In this document: positions 20,549-29,468 of the stretch, in pieces | How the letters are laid out: every line of letters starts with the position of its first letter | Position numbering within the stretch: position 1 is the stretch's first letter | From: an uncultured Bacteroidota bacterium | GTDB taxonomy: Bacteria; Bacteroidota; Bacteroidia; Chitinophagales; Chitinophagaceae | Assembly: GCA_963718975.1 (NCBI GenBank) | Contig: CAVRBD010000007.1 | Coordinates: forward strand, 5,722 to 69,721 | DNA length: 64,000 nt | Direction of reading: 5' to 3' | Position numbers and translations under genes: made by a program | The notes under the pieces: model-generated | Seen by the model: only the letters and a program-made list of their open reading frames with translations | The model's database searches: none | What the model was told of the DNA's origin: nothing

Positions 20549-21286
20549 TCAACCAGGAATTTTCAATCCCGCTTTTTCATCAACAACCAGCTCGCAGTTG
20601 AATATTGCTTCAAAATGTTTCATTATTTTTTTCTTTACTTCATCTAGGGAAATTTTTTCCCCAAGTTCTTTTTCCATTGAGGTGACTTTTTTATTCTGAA
20701 TGCCGCATGGAATAATAAAATCAAAATAAGAAAGATCGGTATTTACATTCAGCGCAAAGCCATGCATGGTTACCCAACGGCTGCAGCGAACGCCCATGGC
20801 GCATATTTTGCGTTCCTTGCCGGGCGAGCCCGCATCCAGCCAAACACCTGTTTCGCCTTGTGAGCGGCCGCTTTCAATACCATATTCAGTAAGTGTTCTG
20901 ATAATTACTTCTTCCAGTTCACGCATATACCTGCCAATATCTGTATAAAATTTTTCAAGGTCTAAAATCGGATAGCCAACAATTTGTTGCGGCCCGTGAA
21001 AAGTAATATCGCCTCCCCTATTTGTTTTATAAAATTCAATTGACCGTGCGCTCATTTCCTGCTCACTGATCAAAACATTTTCTTCGTGGCCGCTTTTACC
21101 CAATGTATAAACAGATGGATGTTCAACAAAGAGCAAGTGGTTGGTGGTTTGTAGTTTGTAGTTTGAGTTGCTCCCGACTATTGATTTCACCCTTACATTT
21201 TCCTGCAGCAATTCTTCCTGCAGATCCCACGCCTGCTTGTAACCCAGCGTTCCTAAGTCTTCAAATATTACTTGTTGCTTTTGCAT
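20549..21286 (-). CDS. lipB: Lipoyl(octanoyl) transferase
   Basis: EHPSVYTLG, RGGDITFHGP, RKICAMG, HGFALN, IIPCG. Confidence 0.95.
   Translation of the reverse strand: MQKQQVIFEDLGTLGYKQAWDLQEELLQENVRVKSIVGSNSNYKLQTTNHLLFVEHPSVYTLGKSGHEENVLISEQEMSARSIEFYKTNRGGDITFHGPQQIVGYPILDLEKFYTDIGRYMRELEEVIIRTLTEYGIESGRSQGETGVWLDAGSPGKERKICAMGVRCSRWVTMHGFALNVNTDLSYFDFIIPCGIQNKKVTSMEKELGEKISLDEVKKKIMKHFEAIFNCELVVDEKAGLKIPG
21137..21164. repeat. Four tandem heptamers inside lipB
   Basis: gtggttg gtggttt gtagttt gtagttt. Confidence 0.55.
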
Positions 21287-21295
21287 TTACAAATG

Positions 21296-21360
21296 CAAAG
21301 CTAACAACAATCCTGTAAAGTTTCTTAGCTGATAAGGTTGGGATAACTATCTTACTTTTG
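21296..21360. promoter_or_regulatory. Divergent -7 boxes for lipB (TAGCTTTG, minus, 21296-21303) and rluD (TACTTTTG, plus, 21353-21360)
   Basis: Both match TAnnTTTG about 10 nt upstream of the starts. Confidence 0.6.
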
Positions 21361-21371
21361 CACAAAAAATA

Positions 21372-22424
21372 ATGTCACGCAAGCCAGAAAATAATCTGGA
21401 AGATATTAATGAAGCATCAGACGAGTTGTATGAGCGGATGAATATTAAAGTTGATAAAGGACAGGAGCCGATGCGCATTGATAAATTTCTGGTGCAACGA
21501 ATTGAAAATGCATCACGAAATAAAGTTCAGCAGGCAATTCAGGCTGGCCGTGTGCTTGTGAACAATAAAATCGTTCAGCCAAATCATAAAATAAAGCCTC
21601 AGGATGAGATTATCGTTTATTCTGATAAAGAAACGCAGGGAGAAAAAGTTATTCCTGAAAAAATTGATCTCAATATTTTTTACGAAGACGATGATGTGAT
21701 GATTATTAATAAACCTGCAGGCCTGGTTGTACATCCTGCCAGTGGAAATTATTCAGGCACATTGCTGAATGGGATTGCGTATTATCTCCAGCAAAAAAAC
21801 AATTCAATCAACGAAGAGACTTTGCCGCGTTTCGGGCTTGTTCATCGCATTGACAAAAACACCAGCGGCCTAATGGTTCTTGCAAAAACTGAAAAAGCAG
21901 TGACCAGTTTAGCAAAACAATTTTTCAATCATACCGTAAAGCGGCAATATATGGCGCTTGTTTGGGGAGATATGATAAACAATGAAGGAACTGTTGTTGC
22001 GCACGTTGGCAGGCACCAGCGCTTCCGCAAGTTGTTTGATGCATATCCTGAAGGAGAACATGGCAAAGAAGCAATCACTCATTATAAAGTGCTTGAGCGT
22101 TTCGGTTATACATCACTGTTACAATGCGTGCTCGAAACCGGAAGGACACATCAGATACGCGTTCACATGCAACATATAGGCCACCCATTGTTCAGCGACG
22201 ATACTTACGGCGGCGACAAAATCGTGAAAGGAACTGTTTACAGCAAGTACAAACAATTTGTTGAAAATTGTTTTGTTATTTGCCCAAGGCAGGCGCTGCA
22301 CGCGAAAACAATTGGCTTCATTCATCCTACCACGGGCAAAGAAGTTTTATTTGAAAGCGAGCTGCCCGACGACATGAAAAACCTGATTGAAAAATGGAGA
22401 GGATATGTTGCGGCAAGAATCTGA
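21372..22424 (+). CDS. rluD: RluA/RluD-family pseudouridine synthase with S4 domain
   Basis: RIDKFL, NKPAGLVVHP, VHRIDKNTSG, ETGRTHQIRVH. Confidence 0.9.
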   Translation: MSRKPENNLEDINEASDELYERMNIKVDKGQEPMRIDKFLVQRIENASRNKVQQAIQAGRVLVNNKIVQPNHKIKPQDEIIVYSDKETQGEKVIPEKIDLNIFYEDDDVMIINKPAGLVVHPASGNYSGTLLNGIAYYLQQKNNSINEETLPRFGLVHRIDKNTSGLMVLAKTEKAVTSLAKQFFNHTVKRQYMALVWGDMINNEGTVVAHVGRHQRFRKLFDAYPEGEHGKEAITHYKVLERFGYTSLLQCVLETGRTHQIRVHMQHIGHPLFSDDTYGGDKIVKGTVYSKYKQFVENCFVICPRQALHAKTIGFIHPTTGKEVLFESELPDDMKNLIEKWRGYVAARI

Positions 22425-22540
22425 TGGCTTTTCTTAAGACTTTTCATAGTAAGCTCACATGCTAAGTGAAATCATGAATTTTGCAATTAGAGCTTAATAT
22501 TATAATTTGGTTTTCATAAATTAACCTAAAAAAATTATTT

Positions 22541-23080
22541 ATGAAATCTAGACTTGGGAAACTTATTATTTCTGCACTTTTATTTTTTGTATGTGCCATT
22601 CTACAGAACTCTTTTATTTCCTGTACAAAAACAAATACAGTTACTGTCACTAATACAGTCACAGATACTTTTACTGTGACAAAAAATGATACTCTGGTGA
22701 AATCGGATACCACTTTAACAGTTGCTATCTTAACTGCAAATTCCTGGAAGCTTGCATTTGACAGAGCAGTAGTAGGTTTAGACACTTTCTATTATGTAAG
22801 AGGCGGAACTGCAAATTCAATAGACTATGATAATGAATACATAACTTTCAATACTAATGGCACAGGTTTATACACACATAATGACGGAAGCCAGGATACA
22901 TTCACATGGAGCTTTGCTGATACTACAAATACAATTATAAATTGGTTAGATAACTCAGCTATTCCAACCAATGAGACTTGGGAAAATATTTATTATAAAA
23001 ATGGCGCGTTGCATTATGACGAATATTCAGACCGTACCAACGGCAATGAATTGTCGGCTCAGATAAGAATTCCTAAATAA
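22541..23080 (+). CDS. Hypothetical exported or lipoprotein with a Thr-rich stalk
   Basis: Hydrophobic N-terminus, FISC lipobox-like motif, TVTVTNTVTDTFTVT. Confidence 0.7.
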   Translation: MKSRLGKLIISALLFFVCAILQNSFISCTKTNTVTVTNTVTDTFTVTKNDTLVKSDTTLTVAILTANSWKLAFDRAVVGLDTFYYVRGGTANSIDYDNEYITFNTNGTGLYTHNDGSQDTFTWSFADTTNTIINWLDNSAIPTNETWENIYYKNGALHYDEYSDRTNGNELSAQIRIPK

Positions 23081-23120
23081 TAAACCAATCATTTTTACAT
23101 AAAAAAGCAGAAACTCCTTA

Positions 23121-24122
23121 TTACACAACGGGCTTAGAATAAATTTTTTTAAATAACAAGAATAAATTTCTAGTTAGAGCATTGTTATCGATTTGTTTTG
23201 CAAGCCAGATGCTGCGGATTTCAGTTGGATCAAAATCATTGCCGGGAATAATAATGTCAATATTCTTTTTAAAGACAGAAAGAAAACTCTCGACAGAGAT
23301 ATGAGGTCTTTGCTTTTTTTGTATCCGCAACAAAAAATGTGATATGGTTTTGCAGTAAGGTTTCAAAAAATCTAATCCATATTTCGATAAAACAATTCCC
23401 ATTGTTTTATTCTCTGATTTAAGTGTGACGAAAAAATCCATCAGCTTAATGATTGCATAATAGTATGTTAAAGCAGGCGATGAATTGGTTGTGCTCCTGG
23501 AATGGATTCTGTATGAGCAGCATTCATCAGACATTGATGCACGATAATTTTTTTGAATCAGCCTGAACCAAAGTTCTAAATCTGCAAATAATAAATTTGG
23601 GTACGCAGGAATACCTCCAATTTCATCAAAGTCAACAGACCTCATCATCTGACCGATTGAAAGCTCAGACATATTAGAAAGAAAAAAAGCCAAAAACTCA
23701 AATGCTGACTGTGTTTCGCTCATTGGCTTGCATGAACGAATAGTTTTACCTTTCTCATCGATATAACGAAAGTGAAGCTGATAAAGGCTTGCAGTTGGAT
23801 GCTTTTGTATAAGCTGATCCATCACATACAAAAAATCTTTGTCGAGCAGATCATCGTGCCCGATAAAAGACATAAATTCATTTTTAGGGATTGTTATAAT
23901 TCTAGCCCAATTTTCTTCGATGCTAAGGGCCTTTTCAGAAGGATAGATCCGAATCCTTTCATCCTTCAGCAACATCAGCCATTCGAGTGTACCATCTATA
24001 CTGCAATTATCAAGTACTTCTAAATTAAAATCAGAAACAGTTTGTGAAAGAATGCTCTGAACACATTCTTTCACATATTCGCCGCCATTGCGTACAGGTA
24101 AAACAATACTAAATTTTGCCAC
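23121..24122 (-). CDS. Glycosyltransferase family 2
   Basis: SIVLPVRNG, VLDNCSIDGT, GHDD. Confidence 0.9.
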   Translation of the reverse strand: MAKFSIVLPVRNGGEYVKECVQSILSQTVSDFNLEVLDNCSIDGTLEWLMLLKDERIRIYPSEKALSIEENWARIITIPKNEFMSFIGHDDLLDKDFLYVMDQLIQKHPTASLYQLHFRYIDEKGKTIRSCKPMSETQSAFEFLAFFLSNMSELSIGQMMRSVDFDEIGGIPAYPNLLFADLELWFRLIQKNYRASMSDECCSYRIHSRSTTNSSPALTYYYAIIKLMDFFVTLKSENKTMGIVLSKYGLDFLKPYCKTISHFLLRIQKKQRPHISVESFLSVFKKNIDIIIPGNDFDPTEIRSIWLAKQIDNNALTRNLFLLFKKIYSKPVV

Positions 24123-24173
24123 AAATTTTTCCTTTGAAAACTAAATCAATTTTACTTCTAACAAATAACATGA

Positions 24174-24908
24174 TTATTTTATTCTTTTCAGATACCCCTG
24201 CGGAGCTACACTTATCAGAAGTTTATTGTCAATAGAAGAATCAATTTGAAAAGCATCATTGCTTTTTAGAAATTCCCAAACAGCTGTTTTCGGATTACTT
24301 GCTTTTGACCACGCTCTCCCCGGCAAATAGTTATCAGGCATATCTTCTACAATAGTATCAAAAACTACTAAATAAGAACCTTTTGTCACAAACTGTGAGT
24401 AGTATTGTAACTCTAACAGCACATGTTCATGTGTGTGATTTGAATCAAGGCAAACCATTATCACTTTTTCTTCAGAAACATGAGTCTTAATTTTTTCAAT
24501 CAATTCTTCGCTGACTGATGATCCTTCTATCATTTTTATCCGTTTAAACATCGGATGCTTTTCAATTTCTTGTTTGTTGTGTTCGCGTATATCGATGTCA
24601 ATTCCGAGGACTTCTCCTTTGCCAATAAGTTCCAATATCGATGCATAATATATCAATGATCCTCCATGAGCAATACCCGTCTCAATAATAAGATCAGGTT
24701 TTATTTCCCAAATGAGCTCTTGCATAATTATCATATCCTGCGGATATTGAATAATGGGTCTGCCCATCCATGAGAAATTATAAGAATACTGAGCTTTGTT
24801 CGATTCAATATTAAATGCCTCAGCAGCCAAACGAAGTGCCTTATTTTCTTTATAGCTCTCTATTCTTTTATTTCTTTCTTCTATGAATTCAAGAATTGGG
24901 TTACTCAT
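24174..24908 (-). CDS. Cephalosporin-hydroxylase (CmcI) family / sugar O-methyltransferase
   Basis: WMGRPIIQYPQD, IIETGIAHGGS, LDSNHTHEHV. Confidence 0.88.
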   Translation of the reverse strand: MSNPILEFIEERNKRIESYKENKALRLAAEAFNIESNKAQYSYNFSWMGRPIIQYPQDMIIMQELIWEIKPDLIIETGIAHGGSLIYYASILELIGKGEVLGIDIDIREHNKQEIEKHPMFKRIKMIEGSSVSEELIEKIKTHVSEEKVIMVCLDSNHTHEHVLLELQYYSQFVTKGSYLVVFDTIVEDMPDNYLPGRAWSKASNPKTAVWEFLKSNDAFQIDSSIDNKLLISVAPQGYLKRIK

Positions 24909-25758
24909 TGTTTAATATTTTTTTTAGTTTACTATCGTCGCCCCAAAAAGACATTGGCTCATAATCTGGGTAATTAAAATATCCAAAGTTTAATTTTATT
25001 ATTTTGTTTTTTTTCGCTAAATAATCTGTCACCATTTTTTTGATTGTTACAGGGTTGCCACTGCAACAGTTTATAATACCTTTAATTTTATTCTGAAAGG
25101 CAATGCGTGTTATGTATTCAGAAACACTTTCTATCGGCAAATAATCCCTAACCTGCTCGCCTCCGCTCATATTAAATACGCTTTCCTTTTTTTCCAGTGC
25201 CATATCAAGCTGTGAAAATAATGAATTTGCACTTTGGCCTTTGCCATACATATAAAACAATCTGATCCATTTTAAATAAAAATGATATTTTGACTGTAAG
25301 CCTTGTAAAAAAGAATTAAGGTCATTCTTGGCAATTGCATAAGCAGCTATTGGTGTTGCAATAAAATCTTCGCTTAATTTTCCTTCATTCATACCATATT
25401 CAAGACATGTGCCTGCAACTGTCAGGTCAGTTAAGCCGCCATGAATAATATTTTCTAAAAAAAGCTTATGCAAAGGAAGATATTTTTCAAGATGATCTTG
25501 TGATTTGTAATGCGGGAGACCTTGCCATGCAAGGTGAATCATTGCATCTGGCTCATCAAAAAAACTGTAATAGTCAACTGATTTATTTATCTGATTAAGA
25601 TTGAAATCAATATAATGAACATGGCGAAACCATTTGAAGCCTTTTGCTTTTTTTTTATCCGAAGATGTAGCGATGACGGAATGACCAAGATGTAATAATT
25701 CCTGAATCACATAATTACCTATAAAACCTGTAGCTCCAGTCACCAGGATCTTTTTCAT
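24901..25758 (-). CDS. NAD-dependent epimerase/dehydratase (probable 4-ketoreductase)
   Basis: VTGATGFIG, YAIAK (YxxxK). Confidence 0.85.
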   Translation of the reverse strand: MKKILVTGATGFIGNYVIQELLHLGHSVIATSSDKKKAKGFKWFRHVHYIDFNLNQINKSVDYYSFFDEPDAMIHLAWQGLPHYKSQDHLEKYLPLHKLFLENIIHGGLTDLTVAGTCLEYGMNEGKLSEDFIATPIAAYAIAKNDLNSFLQGLQSKYHFYLKWIRLFYMYGKGQSANSLFSQLDMALEKKESVFNMSGGEQVRDYLPIESVSEYITRIAFQNKIKGIINCCSGNPVTIKKMVTDYLAKKNKIIKLNFGYFNYPDYEPMSFWGDDSKLKKILNNE

Positions 25759-25763
25759 CGCAG

Positions 25764-26990
25764 TTATAAAATTTGCAAAGAGGGAATTGGGATTACAAAT
25801 TTTGCATCCCAGTTTTTAATATAAGAAAGTTGTTGCATTATTTCATCCTTGATATTCCATGGAAAAATAATAACAAAATCCGGCTTACTCGACTTTAAAT
25901 GCTCTTCGTTTACCACCGGTATGTGGCTTGCCGGTAAAAACTTTTGCTGTTTGTGCGGATTTGCATCAACAACAAATTCTATTAGGTCATTTTTTATGCC
26001 GCAAAAATTTATTAAAGTGTTGCCTTTTGCAGCTGCGCCGTAAGCTGCCACTCTTTTATGCGCTTTCTTTTGAAGAATCAGGAATTCGATGAATTGTAGT
26101 TTTATTTGCAAAGCTTTGTGCTGAAAATTTTGATAATAAGAGAGATCGCAAATACCGACAGCAAATTCTCGTTCCATCAATTCCTTAACGCGCGAAGAAA
26201 TATTTTTTGTGTGATCATTTGCGTGTTTTGCGTAAATACGCAATGAGCCGCCATGTGTTGGCAGCTCTTCAACATCAAAAATTTCAAGGCCTGAGGATTC
26301 AAATATTTTGGAGGTTGTGAAAAAAGATAAATAAGAAAAGTGTTCATGATAAATAGTATCAAATTGATTGTTGTTCACAAGTTGCAAAAGATGTGGGAAT
26401 TCCATGGTAATGACACCATCATTTTTTAAAATAATTTTCATCCCGTTTACAAAATCAACTATATCGGGAACATGGGCAAGAACATTGTTACCAAGCAATA
26501 AATCAGCCTCTATATTTTTTTCTTTTAATTGTCTTGCAAGCTTTACTCCAAAAAAATCTATTACGCAATCAATACCTTTCTCAATAGCGACCTGCGCTGT
26601 ATTTGATGTTGGTTCAATACCAATCACTGCTATTCCCTTTTGCTTAAAATATTGCAACAGGTAGCCATCATTGGAAGCAATCTCAACTACTAATGATTTG
26701 TTATCATATCTAAATCTTTCCACCATATTTTCAACATATTTTTTTGCATGTTGTAACCAGGTAGTTGAAAAGGATGAAAAATACAAGTAGTTATTATTAA
26801 AAATTGCGTCTGATTTTGTATACTCATCTATTTGAACAAGAAAACATTTACTGCAAACAAAAACTTTTAATGGATAAAAAATTTCTGGTTCGTTCAATTG
26901 CTCTTTCTCCAAAAAAGAATTTGATGGAGGCGAATTCACCAAATCAATAAAAACATTTTCTAATTTTGTTTTGCAAAATCTGCATTGCAT
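25764..26990 (-). CDS. NDP-hexose C-methyltransferase-type SAM methyltransferase
   Basis: N-terminal CRFC...CSKC zinc motif, EIASNDG, HGGSLR, YGAAAKGNT. Confidence 0.85.
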   Translation of the reverse strand: MQCRFCKTKLENVFIDLVNSPPSNSFLEKEQLNEPEIFYPLKVFVCSKCFLVQIDEYTKSDAIFNNNYLYFSSFSTTWLQHAKKYVENMVERFRYDNKSLVVEIASNDGYLLQYFKQKGIAVIGIEPTSNTAQVAIEKGIDCVIDFFGVKLARQLKEKNIEADLLLGNNVLAHVPDIVDFVNGMKIILKNDGVITMEFPHLLQLVNNNQFDTIYHEHFSYLSFFTTSKIFESSGLEIFDVEELPTHGGSLRIYAKHANDHTKNISSRVKELMEREFAVGICDLSYYQNFQHKALQIKLQFIEFLILQKKAHKRVAAYGAAAKGNTLINFCGIKNDLIEFVVDANPHKQQKFLPASHIPVVNEEHLKSSKPDFVIIFPWNIKDEIMQQLSYIKNWDAKFVIPIPSLQIL

Positions 26991-26992
26991 AA

Positions 26993-27538
26993 TTAAATCC
27001 CTTTAAAATTTAAATCGAGGTATTTATGACTTTTATCCCGGTCAGAAATTTCTGAAATCGCAACAGGCCAGTTTATGTCCAAAATCGGATCATCGTATCT
27101 TATCCCAGCTTCAACATTCGGCTCATATATTTCGGAATGATGATATAGAAGCTCGCAATTTGCAGTTAATGTTTGAAACCCATGGGCAAAACCTTCGGGG
27201 ATGTATACCATTTTTTTATTTTCTGCAGAAAGCTCGACGCCAAACCATCGCAAAAAACTAGGAGAACCTTTTCTAAGATCTACAAGTACATCAAACACTG
27301 CGCCAGCTATACATCGCACCAGTTTAATTTCTTTGTATGGTTCTTGTTGATAATGCAGCCCGCGAATACTGCCTTCTAAATTTGTAAATGAATGATTGAA
27401 CTGAACCAATTCCTTATTGTGGCCTATTTTTGAAAATTCATCTTTGCAATAATATCTCGCAAACCATCCTCTTTTATCAGCATGAGGGAGAAGACTAATT
27501 ATAAAACTCCCGAGAAGTGGTGTTTCTTCAAAATTCAT
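26993..27538 (-). CDS. rfbC: NDP-4-keto-6-deoxyhexose 3,5-epimerase
   Basis: DKRGWF, RGLHYQ, PEGFAHGF. Confidence 0.88.
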   Translation of the reverse strand: MNFEETPLLGSFIISLLPHADKRGWFARYYCKDEFSKIGHNKELVQFNHSFTNLEGSIRGLHYQQEPYKEIKLVRCIAGAVFDVLVDLRKGSPSFLRWFGVELSAENKKMVYIPEGFAHGFQTLTANCELLYHHSEIYEPNVEAGIRYDDPILDINWPVAISEISDRDKSHKYLDLNFKGI

Positions 27539-28626
27539 AGGGAAAAATATTCTTTAATTTGCTGAAAGGTGAATTCGGTTTTATTCTGGTTGGAACATTT
27601 GTACCATTCAATTGTCCATTCGATTGCTTCGTTTGCATTTAATTTGGGGTGCCAATTTAATTCGGTTTCAGCTTTGGAAATATCCAATTTAAGCAAGTGA
27701 GCCTCGTGTGGTTGAAGTTCATTGCCAATATTATTCCATTCACCTTCTCTTTCCCATTTTGTTAGCACTAATTCAACAAGCTGCTGTACAGTTACATGAT
27801 CTTCCGGATATGGCCCAAAATTATATGCGCCGGAAAATTTTTTTGGATTTTCATTCAGCATACCTGCCAAAAGTAGATAACCAGTCAGGGGTTCAAGGAC
27901 ATGCTGCCAGGGGCGAATGGAAGCTGGGTTGCGAAGCTCTATAAATTTATTTTCCTGAACTGCTCTCATAATATCGGGAAAAATTCTGTCCTTGCTCCAA
28001 TCACCACCCCCTATCACATTTCCTGCTCTGGCACTTGCTAAAGCTTTTTGATGTTTATCAATATTGTCAACATTGAAGAAAGAATCGCGAAATGATTTGA
28101 TGACAAACTCTGCGCATGCTTTGCTTGCACTGTAAGGATCATGGCCACCCAATACATCATCTTCCTTGTAAAGTATATCCTTCTCTTTGTTTTTATAAAC
28201 CTTGTCAGTAGTGATTAAAATTACAGCACATTTTTTTTTTAAATCTATAATCGATTCTAAAACGTTTGCCGTGCCAGTTACATTTACATCAAAAGTTTCT
28301 GCTGGAATTTCGTAGGCACTCCTTACAAGAGGCTGCGCAGCTAAGTGAAAAATAAAATCGGGTTGGAAAACTTCTATCTCTCTTGATAATTTTTTTTTGT
28401 CGCGAATATCTGCAAAAACATTTTCGATAACATTTAAAGGTTCAATTGAATTAAAAATGGTGTCATTTAATCTGTCAGGCTCAAGAGCAAATCCTTTTAA
28501 TTTGGCGCCCAGTGAATGCAATAATGCTACCAGCCAGCCGCCTTTAAAACCAGTATGGCCTGTTATAAATACTTTCTTTTTGCTGAAATAATGATTTAGT
28601 CTTTCAAAGGTTACCACAGCTTCCAT
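27535..28626 (-). CDS. rfbG: CDP-glucose 4,6-dehydratase
   Basis: ITGHTGFKGGW, HLAAQPLV, TTDKVY, YSASK, RPWQHVLEPL. Confidence 0.92.
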   Translation of the reverse strand: MEAVVTFERLNHYFSKKKVFITGHTGFKGGWLVALLHSLGAKLKGFALEPDRLNDTIFNSIEPLNVIENVFADIRDKKKLSREIEVFQPDFIFHLAAQPLVRSAYEIPAETFDVNVTGTANVLESIIDLKKKCAVILITTDKVYKNKEKDILYKEDDVLGGHDPYSASKACAEFVIKSFRDSFFNVDNIDKHQKALASARAGNVIGGGDWSKDRIFPDIMRAVQENKFIELRNPASIRPWQHVLEPLTGYLLLAGMLNENPKKFSGAYNFGPYPEDHVTVQQLVELVLTKWEREGEWNNIGNELQPHEAHLLKLDISKAETELNWHPKLNANEAIEWTIEWYKCSNQNKTEFTFQQIKEYFSL

Positions 28627-29387
28627 TTTGCCTGATTGTTTTGCCACATTGTTTCCAGTTCTATTTTATCTCTTAGCGCATCCATGCATTTCCAAAAGCC
28701 CGTATGTTTATATGCCATTAATTCTTTGGCTTTCGCCAAATTTTCAAGCGGGGAATCCTCCCACATAATGTCGTCCATATTATTTTCCAGATATTGAAAA
28801 ACCTCAGGTTTCAAAATAAAAAAACCTCCGTTTATCCATTTGTCATCTTCATTTGGCTTTTCTTTAAACTTTTTTACTTCGCCATTTTTTTCTACATCCA
28901 TGCCTCCAAATCTTGCTTCTGGCTGAACCGCGGTAACAGTTGCAATTTTGTTGTGAGTGTTATGAAAATGAATGAGACTGTTCAAATCAATGTCACTAAC
29001 GCCGTCACCATAAGTGAGCATAAAATCTTCGTTGCCAATATATTTCTCAATTCGTTTCAATCTTCCGGCAGTCTTTGTATTTAAGCCAGTATCAACCAGG
29101 GTTACTTTGAATGATTCACTATTGGAATAATGAACATCCATTTTATTGCTTCCAAGCTCAAAAGTTAAATCAGAATTGTGCAAATAATAATGCATAAAAT
29201 ATTCCTTAATAATAAATCCCTTATATCCAAGACAAATTATAAAATCATTGAAGCCATAAAAACTATAAATCTTCATGATATGCCACAATAAAGGCTTGCC
29301 GCCAATTTCAACCATTGGCTTGGGCTTTATATCTGTTTCTTCTGAAATCCTTGTTCCAAGACCACCAGCAAATATTACTACTTTCAT
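28611..29387 (-). CDS. rfbF: Glucose-1-phosphate cytidylyltransferase
   Basis: AGGLGTRISEET..KPKPM, TYGDG, FWKCMD. Confidence 0.93.
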   Translation of the reverse strand: MKVVIFAGGLGTRISEETDIKPKPMVEIGGKPLLWHIMKIYSFYGFNDFIICLGYKGFIIKEYFMHYYLHNSDLTFELGSNKMDVHYSNSESFKVTLVDTGLNTKTAGRLKRIEKYIGNEDFMLTYGDGVSDIDLNSLIHFHNTHNKIATVTAVQPEARFGGMDVEKNGEVKKFKEKPNEDDKWINGGFFILKPEVFQYLENNMDDIMWEDSPLENLAKAKELMAYKHTGFWKCMDALRDKIELETMWQNNQAKWKLW

Positions 29388-29468
29388 ACAGTTGTATTGC
29401 TACAAAACTAATTTTATTTAGGATATTGCACATAATTTTCACTAAAATCAATTAACCTTCATATCTTA

